Source of the DNA: the human T2T-CHM13v2.0 reference genome, Homo sapiens
Strand: one strand, 5' to 3'
DNA: 64,000 bases
Assembly (NCBI RefSeq): GCF_009914755.1
Contig: NC_060935.1
Positions 12,502 through 25,100 of this stretch are shown piece by piece; the first letter of the stretch is position 1; the number at the start of each line of letters is the position of its first letter. The position numbers were made by a program, and so were the translations under genes. The notes under the pieces are model-generated. The model ran no database searches, was not told the DNA's origin, and saw only the letters and a program-made list of their open reading frames with translations.

Positions 12502-14084
12502 ACCGGAGAGATAAAATGAATCAATTGAGTTGGGTTAAGAGTATTGTAAAGAAATTCTTTTTTTTCTATCTTTCATTTTGTACTTAAAGACATTCAAGAT
12601 TCAAATATTTATTGGCTGTCTCCTTGAACATTTTGAACCTGCTCTATCTACCCACCTGCCCTCTGTTTTTAGCCTTCACAGGTCTTAAGACTTTGTCTTT
12701 TGTGCAAGTTCTTCTGGATTGATATTTCTTGGTTTTCTAGGACAGTCTTGATTTCAACTATTCTGTCCCGTTGTCTCCATATACTATCAATGTCCCAGAA
12801 CTGCCAATATTTTGGCATTTAAACTATATCTCTCAGACAGCCTAATTTCCAGAAGTGGAAAAAAGTTCTTTGTTAGATTTTGTGTCCTGATATTTGGTCT
12901 GGAAGATAAGGTCATCATTGCCTTATTCTACTATTCTTTCAGGTCTTAAAATTTGTGAGTTGTCACTTGCTTCTCCTTGAGGAGGTATAACTTATGCAGC
13001 CTTCATCATTGAAGCCTTGCATTATATGAAATGAGACATGTATCAGACTTTATTATTTTCATGCTTCCTTGGAAAACCTATTACTGGGGATCAGCACATC
13101 CTGTGGAATATTCAGTGGAGGAGAAGATAAAATGTGGACATCAGTCCTCTGGAGCTGAGTGAGCTCCCTGCCCCACACCAGTGAGGATTGGATGGGAGGA
13201 TGAAGCTGAGTTAAGAGTGCTATACCATTCTAAAGACATGCAAATCTAATTCTTCTTCTCTCAAAAACATTTTGTATTTGCTTTCTATGGCCCTTAGAGA
13301 TAGAGCAATTATTCTTACTAACTGAATGGTCAGAAAAAAAGATGTATTTCAGTATGACTGCTATGCCCCTATGGTACTCATTGCCCTTGTTGAGCTATCT
13401 TGTCCTAATTGACTTTATCCATGACTAGACTCTGAGGTTCATGAGGGTGACGGAGTGTGGTCTTCCTGCATGCTTAGCTTGGTCCTGATTTGTAGTGGGT
13501 GATAAATATAAATGTAAAATACATGCAGGAGTGTGTTCTCAGAGGCAGCACTCTCAGGAGTGCGCTGGATTAGTGTAATTGTTATTGAATTTTATGTCAT
13601 AGATTCTTAAATTTTTTTCGTCTCTGCTATTTCTGAAGAGTTGCAGACATATGATGCTTGATTAATTTAAGCAAAATTTATGATCAGGACCATCTTGTTG
13701 TCATAATTATTCTCTTTTTAAATGTTTACGCTGATAATGAGGATGAAAGTTTATTTACTTATGGGTTGAAGTTGGCAGTTGAAAAAACAGGAAGTAAATT
13801 AGTTTATTAATTTATTAATTAGACTTCTATAGTCATTTTAAACAATTGCTCATTTGGCTCTTTTCTTATTAATTAGTTTCCTGATTGTTTGTTAAATAAT
13901 AATGTATATGTAAGTTCAACATTTCTTTCATTTTACCCTTGTTTCTAAAATCCAGTCTTAAAAATGGGAATGGTAATAACTCAACTTTTGCTTAGATAGC
14001 TAATAGAATATTGAAATAATAAATGAGAAACTAATCATCCAAGGAGATTCAGCATAGTGAAGATGATGATAATAACTGCAAAAA

Positions 14085-14250
14085 TGATAGCTATTTTATT
14101 GAGAGATAAATATGTCAAATATTATCATAAACTGTTTGCACGTAAAACTAATATAGCTCTTGCACAACTGATGTTACAGATGAGGAGAAGGCACAGAGTG
14201 ATTAACTTGCCCAAGGTCCTACACAGAGGTAGTAGACTGAGGAGTAGAGA
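14085..14250 (-). mobile_element. MIR fragment
   Basis: ttacagatgaggagaaggcacagagtgattaacttgcccaaggtcctacac. Confidence 0.7.
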
Positions 14251-15234
14251 TTGAGATGCTACAATTGTGAATCATAAGGAGAATCACTTGGGTTTCAGTT
14301 CTAAGAAAGGGAACCAGTGGTTTGGAGATGGAGAAATTTTATTTAAAAAGTTTCACTTCTTATAAGATGCAAGATCCTATAAGTTGTCTGAACTTCAAGA
14401 TGGCAATCTACTTGGCTATGGATTTTTCAAGACTTGTCTTTGAAATTAGATTGATAGTGAGAGGCTTCGTGCCTAAAAGGGACAGGTACATTTGTTCACG
14501 AGGTTGAAACTCCTGATTAGTGCAACCTTAGTATTTATGTGAGTCACACCTCCAGCAGTGAGTCCACATTGTTATCTATCTTAGCTTTTCCAAATTATGC
14601 TTGTGAACATTACTTACAAGGTATACGAGTGGGTGTTAGGTTCAAAATAAGGTTCCTTTGATCAAAGAAATTTGGAAGATTGTATCTAACAAAATGAAAT
14701 TAGTTTCATGACACAGTATTCAGGGTTCTAAACTACATTGTGAGTGTCCAACGGGGACATAAAGTAGGTAGCATTTCTCAAACTTATTGATGGCCTTTCT
14801 CAATTTTTTTTTTTTCTAGAGAAGCTTATGACACTCAATGGCTCACAGAGCAAACACGTTTTTGGAAATGCTCTTATTTCTACATTGTGGAAATGAGCAT
14901 TTGTACCTATTTATATAAAGAAAAACCATCTAGACACGTGTTATGTATAAGGAGGAAGAGAACTCAAAGAGTGTGTAAGGTAGTGTGCTCCAGTGGAAAG
15001 AGATAGAAGCTTATAAATTTCACCGTTTTCTTCTAGTTCTCCTTAATTTGCTGTGCAGTGCTGGATAGAAACATGACCATTGTGTATCTCTGTTTCCCTA
15101 TTTAAAAATTAATGATGAAACAGGATGATAATGATGGGGAGAATGGGGAACAGGGGCGGGAAGAAAAGAAGAAAAGGTACTTGATGATTAGAAAAGGAAA
15201 CATAGTATCAAGTAGTTAGGCAAAAGCAATACAT

Positions 15235-15450
15235 TCAGATCTGTTGCACAGCATGGTAACTATAGTTAATGACAATGTATTGTATGTATGCTAAGAGTAG
15301 ATTTTAAAGGTTTTTACCACAAAATAACGATGAGAAGTAATGGACATTTTAATTAGCTTGATTTTGCCATTCCACAGTGTATGCATATATCAAAACATCA
15401 TGTTGTACATTGTAAATTTATACAATTTTTGTCAATAAAGATAAAAAAAT
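15235..15450 (+). mobile_element. L1M (L1MA/MB-like) 3' end
   Basis: gatctgttgcacagcatggtaactatagttaat...aattagcttgatt...atatcaaaacatcatgttgtac...aataaa. Confidence 0.85.
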
Positions 15451-15489
15451 TGACAGAACAAAAGTAGCTAATTGTCATCATATGTCCAG

Positions 15490-15640
15490 TATGTTCATTC
15501 ACTTGTCATTCATTCATTCCTTCAACAGCTATTTTTTTTCTGTTTACTGTGTGCTAAGAATAGGAGGATGAATAAAACACATTTTCTGCCCTTTTCGACC
15601 TCTTAATCTGAGGGTGAGGGGAAATAAACAATAAAGAAGG
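15490..15640 (-). mobile_element. L2 3' tail
   Basis: cattcattcattccttcaacagctatt...tttactgtgtgctaag. Confidence 0.55.
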
Positions 15641-16867
15641 CAACAAATAAACAAAAATGACACAACTAGCTGTGAAATTGAAAAGAAATAAACTTGAGTG
15701 AAGTGATGGGGCATAATAGAATTAATTTCAGCTTCATAAGATATAAGGACATGTTCTCTAAAGACCCAGAGGGGAGCAGGCCTCCCAATGGCCTCTTTGA
15801 CAGGGGAGGATGATTGATTTCTCCCACCCCCACATAAACCTTCATGGGGCTTCCCTTGATAGCTTTAAAATAATCTATCATTTCATTGGTGAGTCATAAA
15901 TGTAAGTGAAAAACTATGTTTATATTTGTGATAACTTCCTGCCCAGATGTGCCTTGAAATGTTTCCAATTCTAGCAAATGTCCTGATGTTCCATTATGAT
16001 TTTCGTGTAGGTGGAGCAGAGGAGAGACCCAGTGCTGGATGCCAAAAAATTTGTGTCTCAGCTCTGCCACAAGTGGACTGAGCCATCTGGGCAATTCACT
16101 TGAACTTTCTCAGCTTTATTATTTTCCCTTTTGAAAAACGAGGGCATAGCATGCATTGTCCCCAGTGTTTTCTAGCTCTTAAATATCCATTCCAGGTTCC
16201 TTAGGCCCTTGGTCTTGTTCCACTCTTGTCTTCATCATTTCAGTTCTGATGTTGATGCTGCATCCTACTCTCTTCAACTGTCACTTGTGATTTAGCTCAT
16301 TCTAGCAAGTTTATGAGCTTAAAGGAACCAGCAGGTCTCAGACTTCTATATCACACAAATAGAAATGTTAAGAAGTCATCCCCCATGCTAGCCATTTGAC
16401 GCTTGTGAAAGGCTAATTTAATACAGGAAAGTTTAGGTAACTTCAGATGGAGGTGCCCATTTACTCACTGCCATGGGTCAGTGAGCTCAAGTTAATATCT
16501 ACACTAATTGAATACATGAATCAGAGAAAATGATAATTTGTCACGAGTATGTGTGTGCTTAAAAAATGGGAATAATGAAAAACTAACAGAAGACAAATTG
16601 AGCTGTAAGAATTTTGTAAATGGAAATTTCTGCCCGAAAAAAAAGAGTACAAAATATATCGAGGAGCTTTGGAGACTCCTAGCCGAGCTTCTCATTTTTT
16701 CCTGGCTGGGCCGTTTTTCTTTTTAGGTATCGTTCGGTATCATAAATAAAATTGTCTCTGCTGGAAAGGCTCTGAAGACCTAGGGAGAAAGGGGAAACTG
16801 CTGGCTATGCCTAATCAGAATAAACGGATGGGGCTTACTCCTAGGAATTCTTCATTTTTAGACACTG

Positions 16868-16930
16868 GCGTGTGTGTGTGTGTGTGCGCGCGTGCGTGCA
16901 CGTGTGCATGTGTGTGTGTGTTTGTGTGTG
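16868..16930. repeat. (TG)n/(CG)n alternating purine-pyrimidine tract
   Basis: gcgtgtgtgtgtgtgtgtgcgcgcgtgcgtgcacgtgtgcatgtgtg. Confidence 0.95.
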
Positions 16931-17048
16931 GTGTATGCACTCAAGTGCATGTTGCATTACCTGGCTGTACACTCCTGGCATGGCATCTGAAGACTCCAGC
17001 TCAGTTTTCTGGCAGGTTATTGTCATTCTTTGTCATTAATAGGAAAAA

Positions 17049-17428
17049 TGTAGTGGACCTGGAGATGTTCTGCCAAGATTCCTCCTTTGATGAAGGACTT
17101 ATTGTCCCAGCTGTTGGGACTGCCTCAGCTACAGAGGACCACCTCCCTCAGTGTCAATCCCTTTACTCAGGGTGGCCCACATCCGATGAATGATTGATGA
17201 AGGGGACAGTGTTCTGGCCTTCTTACCCCAGCTTAAGATAATGCTGAAGGGCTCCTGATGACTCCTCAGTTGGCAATACATTGTAGGGATGGCATTGCCG
17301 CCAACTTCTCCCTTGCCCAATTCTGCTTCTTTCCTCCCTCTCTCCCAGAGGTTGGTCCCACGGGCACTCCTTAATAAACATCCTGCAAAGCCAGTCTCCA
17401 ACTTAGAGTTGCTTCTGGGAAACCTGTG
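17049..17428 (+). mobile_element. ERVL solo LTR (LTR16-like)
   Basis: tgtagtggacc...gggtggcccacatcc...cttctcccttgcccaattctgcttc...ttaataaacatcctgca...ctgggaaacctg. Confidence 0.75.
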
Positions 17429-17439
17429 ACAGAAGACAA

Positions 17440-17750
17440 TAATATGTTTGTGAAATGCAGATCGGATCCTGTTATTTTGTTGCTTAAAGTGTCTCTAGGT
17501 GGAAGTCCAAACTCCTTAGCAGGGTTTAAAGGTCCTTCAGGAACTGAGCCTTCCTCATCTTTTCACCTCCATCTCTCATTGCTGACAACTTGCACCCTGA
17601 GCTCCAGTTTGGCATCCTTCAAATGTCTCAAGCATTCCTATACTCCGAGACTTTATATATAAATAATATCTTTTTTTTTTTTGCCTTGCTCTTGCCTTCC
17701 TTGTTTTCTTGACAAACTTCTATCATTCTGTCAAGACACATCTTACATCA
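17440..17750 (+). mobile_element. L2 fragment
   Basis: tgaaatgcagatcggatcctgtt...tgcttaaa...aagtccaaactccttagc. Confidence 0.55.
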
Positions 17751-17759
17751 CAATGACAG

Positions 17760-17945
17760 TTCACATTTATTGGGCCCTTCTGATGTGCTAGGGACTGTGA
17801 CTGTGCAATGTGCATTTTTAATCCCTAGGCATTTATGAGGTAGATATTATCATCATTTCCATTTTGCTCATGAGAAAATAGGGTACAGAGAGTTTAAAAA
17901 ACTTGCTTAAAGTCACAAAATTGGTACACAGTGGAGCCCAGACTC
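17760..17945 (-). mobile_element. MIR
   Basis: cacatttattgggcc...tatgaggtagatattatcatc...ccattttgctcatgagaaaatagggtacagagag...gtcaca. Confidence 0.75.
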
Positions 17946-18619
17946 ATGGAGGTAAATTTACCCTTATTCATTATACGAAACCACCCTCTATGTTTCTTGA
18001 GAGAAAGCACATTTTACATTTCTTTTTAAAAGGTCTTTTAAAAAGACTTTTTTATATTTAATTTCAACCATTTATAGAGACCTTACTTTCTTTTCAGCTT
18101 TATTGAAGTATAATTGATAAATAAAAATTATATATATTTAAGGTAACTTGGTGTTTTGGTATATGTATACCTGTGAAAGAATCACCACAATCAAGCTAAT
18201 TTATATCCAGCACCTCACTTAGTTACCATTTTATTTTTCTGTTTTTCTTTTTACTGGTGAGAGCACTTAAGGTTTACCTGCTTAGCAAATTTCTAGTTTA
18301 CAATGTAGTATTGTTAACTATAGTTACATTGGTGTACATGAAATCATCAGAACATATTCGTCTTGTAAAACGGAAAGTTTATACCCTTTACCAACATCTC
18401 CCCATTTTCCCTCCCTTCAGTCTCTGATAGCCACTGTTCTACTCCAGCTTCTGTGAGTTTGACTATTTTAGATTCCATATAGAAGTGAGATCATGCGGTA
18501 TTTGTCTTTCTGTGTCTAGCTTATTTCAGTTAGCATAATGTCCTCCAGGTTAATAATGTTTTTGCAAATGGCAAAAATTTTTTCCTTTTTTGAGTCTGAA
18601 TGATATCTCATTTTACATA

Positions 18620-19310
18620 CATATACATGTATATCAATCTATATACCTATTTATGTCTGTACTGATCTATATATCACTATATAGAATATATCAGTACATC
18701 ACTATGTAGAATATATCAATATATTTATATATTAGTAAATATATCAGTATATTTATATAGATATATAAATATGGTATATATAATATATATTATATGGATC
18801 TAGAGCTATATTAAATATGGTTATATCTATATATTGAATATATCATAAATATATACATATGTATAATATGTATATTGATATACAAATATACATGTATATC
18901 AATATACATGTGGATACGGATATAGATATAGACATATATGTAGAAATAGGTATATCTGTATATTGATATATAAATATATAGATATATTAATGTATGTAGA
19001 CATAAATATATCTATATATAATATTGATATTATATAATGTAAATATATAGATGTACCTCTATGGATGTACCTATGCCTACATATACATGTATCAATCTAC
19101 ATATATTTATCAATTTGTATATCGATACAATAATATATCTATATATCATATATTGATCTATATACGTTTATATATCAATATCTGTGTCTCATATATTGAT
19201 ATATATCTACATATAAATATCTAATATATCTATATATCTCTCTATATAGGTATATCAAAGTATAGATATACCTATGTCTATATATATATATGTCTGTATC
19301 AGTATCTGTA
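18620..19310. repeat. ~700 bp degenerate (TA)-rich low-complexity tract
   Basis: continuous atatat/tatatc/gatata variants. Confidence 0.95.
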
Positions 19311-19325
19311 TGTGTATCACATTTT

Positions 19326-20090
19326 CTTTTTTTTTGTGATACTTTAAGTTCTGGGATCCATGTGCAGAACGTGTAGGTTTGTTACATAGGTATACATGTG
19401 CCATGGTGGTTTGCTGCACCCATCAACCCGTTATCTACATTAGGTATTTCTCCTAATGCTATCCCTTCTCTTGCCCCCCACCCGCCAACAAGCCCCAGTG
19501 TGTGATGTTCCCCTCCCTGTGTCCAAGTGTTCTCATTGTTCAACTCCCACTTATGAGTGAGAACATGCAGTGTTTGGTTTTCGGTTCCTGTGTTAGTTTG
19601 CTGAGAATGATGGTTTCCAGCTTCATCCATGTCCCTGCAAAGGACACGAACTCATTCTTTTTTATGGCTGTATAGTATTTCATGGTGTATATGTGCCACA
19701 TTTTCTTTATCCAGTCTAACACTGATGGGCATTTGGGTTTTTCCAAGTCTTTGCTGTTGTGAATAGTGCTGCAATAAACATATGTGTGCAAGTGTCTTTA
19801 TAGTGGAATGAGTTATAATCCTATGGATATATGCCCAGTAATGGGATTGCTGGGTCAAATGGCATTTCTTGTTCTAGATCCTTGAGGAATCACCACACTG
19901 TCTTCCACAATAGTTGAACTAATTTACACTCTTACCAACACTGTAAAAGCGTTCCTATTTCTCCACATCCTCTCCAGCATCTGTTGTTTCCTGACCTTTT
20001 AATGATCAACATTCTAATGGGTGTGAGATGGTATCTCATTGTTGTTTTGATTTGCATTTCTCTTATGACCAGTGATGATAAGCTTTTTTT
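19326..20090 (-). mobile_element. 5'-truncated L1PA (L1PA7/8-like)
   Basis: tactttaagttctgggatccatgtgcagaacgtg...ttaggtatttctcctaatgctatccc; ORF 19540..19791(-) KCPSVLDWIKKMWHIYTMKYYTAIKKNEF. Confidence 0.93.
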
Positions 20091-20689
20091 TTTTCATTCA
20101 TCCATTGACAGACATTTAGGTTGTTTCCATATCTCGGCCATTGTGAATAATACTGCAATGAACATGGAAGTAGAGATATCTTTTTTAGATACTGATATCA
20201 TATTCTTTATATATATATCCAGAAATGGTATCAATGAATTTTTATTTTTTTGAGGAACCTCCTCCATACTGTTTTCCATATGGCTATACCAATTTTCATT
20301 CCCAGCAGCAGTGTACAAGTGTTCCCTTTTCTTTAATCATAGGCTAGGGCTGGAACATAGTAGAATTTTGAGGAACGTTTGCTGAATAAGTGAACAAACG
20401 CAATAATGGCTTCCCTCAGTCCCAGCCCCATCATGCTGAGTGAAGGAGGATGGACCCTTCTTGTCTTAAAATGATGTCTCTTGCTGAGTAGGCAGTGGTC
20501 TTCTCTGAAGTTTCTACTCCTGTCCATAGCTCCCAGCTGCCCATAGTTGGAGCTTTCTGTTAGTCTGTTTTGGTTAAGGATTCAGCAGTGACTTTTTCCT
20601 TCTCTGATGGTAGTTTCCCTGCACTGCATCTGGGATCAGAACCAGAACCTTCCAGAGCCATCTCTATACAGCAGCTTATAAGCATCTTC

Positions 20690-20890
20690 TTTGCTGAGTT
20701 TCCTGGTGGGATTCTAGAGCTGGGAGCATGAGTTTACATTCTGCTTTGCCATATTCTGATTTGATGCTTTCAAACTCAGTTTTTTTAATTGCAAGACAGG
20801 TGCAATCATAATTCACAGACTTTTGGTGAGGATTAAATTAGATAGTGTAGGTATCAAAGTTCTAAATACCAACAAATATTATTTATTGTT
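20690..20890 (+). mobile_element. MIR fragment
   Basis: ctcagtttttttaattgcaag...ggtgaggattaaattagata. Confidence 0.55.
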
Positions 20891-21919
20891 AAAATGGTTT
20901 GTTCTAGTTGTCTTTCAGTTCAAAAGTTGTCACAGTCAAAACCCTCAGTCCCATCCCATGCCCCACTCCTCCTCCCTACTCCCAAGTCCCTCCTCATATT
21001 GTTCCAGTTTTCTTCTCTCATCAACTACCAAAGTAATTCATCCTCAACACATATGTTTCCTATGGTAAGAATCAATCCTCTCATCTAATTTGTATTCTGG
21101 ACTTTGACTAACTGGATTCTTATGTCTTCCAGAAATGATAAAATATCAGCATCTGAAATCACAAACAAGATAAAGAAATTGAAACTCTGAGAAGCAGAGT
21201 GACTTGCCTAGAGGTCACAGAGTAAGCTGAGGGTCCAAAATCCACTTCCAGGACTAGGACCCTGTTCCTTTGGGGTCTTACCTTCAGACTTACTTTTGCA
21301 TTTTATGCATTGAAAGGGTTACAGAAGAGCTTCAGTGCTTTTTTGGGTGGCTTTCTTTGATTCTATAGGAAGCTTAGGTGGTCTTTTGACATGCCCCTAG
21401 GGCACTCTACACATGCGTGTAATGGCACTTCCACAATTGCAAGGAACTTCTGGATGGCTGTTTTCCCTAATAGACTTTAAGCTCCAAGAGTGCAGGGTCT
21501 GGGTCTGTCCCATTTACTATCCTATGTGCTTGATAGGGTGCTTGTCATATAGAAACTGGTCACTAATGTCTATGGGAATATGGTAAGTGGCCAATAAATA
21601 CCTGAGACTGACGATCAACTGCAGAGTACATACTGCATTGTGAATCCTCCTCATTCTTCTCTAGTTGGACCCATCAGGAAAACAAAGACACGAGGCTGAG
21701 TGTTTACATTCTCAGGCCCCATCTGTTGCCCTCTCCCCTTCCTCCTGGGCATGAAGATCCAAATTTTCTCAGGTAATTTCCCAGTTAGATTCCTGAATTA
21801 TTTCCTCTGTCACCCACCTTGTCTATTACCATTATCAGAGCCAGTAAGTGAAAGAAAAGAGATTGTGTCATCGGGTGACTTGGTAGTTTCCTTTCAGTCT
21901 TGAGATTCTATTATTCTCA

Positions 21920-22160
21920 TCATTCATTCACTCTCATCATTCACACATGCAACAAATGTTTATTGAGCACCTACCATGTTCCAGTATGTTCCAGGCACTT
22001 AGGCACTAGGAGTACATTGGTGAACAAAACAAATACAAACCCCTGCCCCATTGAGCTTACATTCTAGTGGAGGGACATGGACACTACATATTCACATAAA
22101 TTAAATAATAGTATTGCTGTGGAAGTAAATAAAAGTGTAGTAGCGAATAGGAATTCTGGG
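21920..22160 (-). mobile_element. L2 3' end
   Basis: cattcattcac...caacaaatgtttattgagcacctaccatgttccag...aggcactagg...gagcttacattctagtgg. Confidence 0.8.
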
Positions 22161-22194
22161 AGAATTGGGTGTTTTAATTTAAATATAATTATTT

Positions 22195-25100
22195 GTAATT
22201 TCAACTTTTACTATAGTTTAAGGGATACACATGCAGGTTTGTTACATGTTACATATTGCATGATGTTGAGGCTTATGGTACAACTGGTCTCATTACACAG
22301 GTGGTGAGCATAGTACCCAATATATGGTTTTTTAGCCCATGCCTGCCTCCCTCCTTCCCTCTCCTGTCTAGTAGTCGCCAGTGTTCCCCATCTTTATGTC
22401 TATGTGTATTCAATGTTTAGCTCCCACTTATATGTGAGAATATGTGGCATTTGTTTTTCTGTTTTTGCATTAATTTGCTTAGGATAATGGCCTCCAGCTC
22501 CATCCACGTTGCTGCAAAGTATATAATTTTATTCTTTTTGATTATTGCACAGTATTCTATGGTATATATGTAACACATTTTCTTTATCCAAGCCGCTGTT
22601 GAAGGGTACCTACCTATGTTGATTCCATGTCTTTGCTATTATAGCTAGCACTGCAATGAACACACAGGTGCATGTTTCTTTTTGGTATAATAAATTATTT
22701 TCCTTTGGGTATATACCCAGTGGTGGGATTGCTAAGTTGAATGGTAGTTCTGTTTTCCGTTCTTTGAGAAATCTCCAAACTGCTTTCCACAGTGGCTGAC
22801 CTAGTTTGCATTCCTACCAGCAATGAGTAAGTGTTCCCTTTTCTCTGCAACCTTGCCAGCAGCATCTGTTATTTTTTGACTTTTTAATAATCGCCACTCT
22901 GACTAGTGTGAGATGGTATCTCATTGCTGTTTGGTTTTCATTTCTCTGATGATTAATGATGTCAATCATTTTTTCATGTTTGTTGGCCACTTGTATGTCT
23001 TCTTTTGAGAAGTGTCTGTTCATTTCCTTTGCCTACTTTTTAATTAGTTAGTTTGTTTTTTGCTTGTTGATTTAAATTCCTTGTAGATTCTGGATATTAG
23101 ACTTGTCAGATGTATAATTTGTGAATATTTTCTCCCATTCTGTAGTCTGTTTACTTTGTTGGTAATTTCTTTTGCTGTGCAGAAGCTCTTTAGTTTAATT
23201 AGGTCCTTTTTGTTTTTGCTGTAATTGCTTTTAGAGACATAGCCTTAAATTATTTGCCAAAGCCCAAGTCGAGAAGGGAAATTCCTAGGTTATCTTCTAG
23301 GATTTTTATAGTTTAAGGTTTTACATTTAAGTCTTTAATCTATCTTGAGTTAATTTTTGTACATGTTGAGAGGTAGGAGTTCCAGTTTCATTCTTCTGCA
23401 TATGGCTAGCTAGTCATCCCAGTATCATTTATTGAATAGGTAGTCCTTTCCCATTGCTTATTTTGGTCAGTTTTGTCAAAGATCGAATGGTTACAGGTAT
23501 GTGACTTTATTTCTGTGCTCTTTATTCTGTTCCATTTTTCTATGTGTCTGTTTTTGTACCAGTACCATGCTGGCTTGGCTTCTTAGCCTTATAGTATAGT
23601 TTAATATCTGGCCATATGATGCTTGTGGCTTGTTCTTTTTGTTTAGGATTGCTTTGACTATTTGGATGCTTTTTTGATTCCATATTAATTTCAGAGTAGA
23701 TTTTTCTAATTCTGTGAAAAATGACATTGGTATTTTGATAGGGATAGCATTGAATCTGTAAGTTGCTTTGGGCAGTATGACCATTTTAACAATATTGATT
23801 TTTCAAATCAGTGAGCATAGGATATTTTTCCATATATTTGTGTCATCTCTGATTTCTTTCAGCAGTGTTTTGTCATTCTCCTTGTAGAGATCTTTCACAT
23901 CCTTGGTTACATAAATTCCTAGATACTTCATTTTTTCTGGCTATTGTAAATGGGATTGTGTTCTTGAGTTGGTTCTCAGCTAGAATGTCACTGATGTATA
24001 GAAATGCTACTAATTTTTGTACATTAATTTTATATCCTGAAACTTTACTGAATGTTTATCAGTTCCAGGAGCCTTTTGGGAGAATCTTTAGGGTTTTCTA
24101 TATATAGAATTATATCATCAGCAAAGAGAGATAGTTTGACTTTTTATTTTCCTATTTGGATGACTTTTATTTCTTTCTCTGCCTGATTGCTCTGGCTAGG
24201 ACTTCCTCTACTATGTTGAACAGGAGTGGTGAGAGTAGGCATCCTTGTCTTGTTCCAGTTCTCCAGGGAAATGGTACCAGCTTTTGCCTGTTCAGTATAA
24301 TGTTGGTTGTGGATTTGTCATAGATGGCTCTTCGTATTTTGAAGTATGTTCCTTTGCTGCCTAGTCTGTTGAGGATTTTTATCATGATGGAATGTTGGAT
24401 TTTATTGAAATATTTTTCTGCCTTTATGAGGTAATCATATGATTTTTATTTTTGATTCTGCTTGTGTGGTGAATCACATTTATTGATTTGTGTGTGTTGA
24501 ATTAACCTTGCATCCTTGGAATAAAGCCTACTTGATCATGGTGAATTAACTTTTTGATGTGCTACAGGATTTTGTATGCTAGTATTTTGTGGAGGATTTT
24601 TGTGTTTATCTTCATCATGGATATAGGCCTAAAGGTTTCTTTTTTTGTTGTGTCTCTGACAGATTTTGATATCAAGATGATGCTGGCTTCATAGATTGAA
24701 TTAGGGAGAAGCCTCCTTTCCTAAATGTTTTGAGATAGTTTCAGTAGGATTCGTATCAATTATTTGCATGACTGGTAGAATTTGGCTGTGAATCTGTATT
24801 AGTTTGTTCTCATGCTGCTATAAATAAATTCCTGAGATTGGCTAATTAATACAGAAAAAGGGTTTAATTGCAGTTCCATGTGGCTGGGGAGGCCTCAGGA
24901 ATGTTACAATCACGGCAGAACGGGAAGCAACAGATCTTCACATGGCGACAGGAGAGAGAAGAATGGGTGAAGGGGGAAAGCCCCTTATAAAATCTTCAGA
25001 TCTCGTGAGAACTCACTCTCTATCATGAGAACAGCATAGGGGGACCATCACAATAATCTAATCACCTCCCACGAGTTCTGTCCCCCAACACGTGGGGATT

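Larger units (their letters stand above)
18090..20335 (-). mobile_element. L1MA-like 3' fragment, split by an AT-rich tract (18620-19310) and a younger L1PA (19326-20090)
   Basis: cagctttattgaagtataattgataaataaaa...ttagattccatatagaagtgagatcatg; resumes at ~20095 ttcatccattgacagacatttaggttgtttccatatc (ORF 20094..20318 is ORF2 C-term-like). Confidence 0.85.

Noticed and set aside
13600-13900. TAAT-rich stretch resembling a homeodomain enhancer (similar stretches at ~35.3-35.8 kb and ~63.6-63.9 kb)
   Set aside because: Short AT-rich motifs are uninformative in AT-rich DNA without conservation data.
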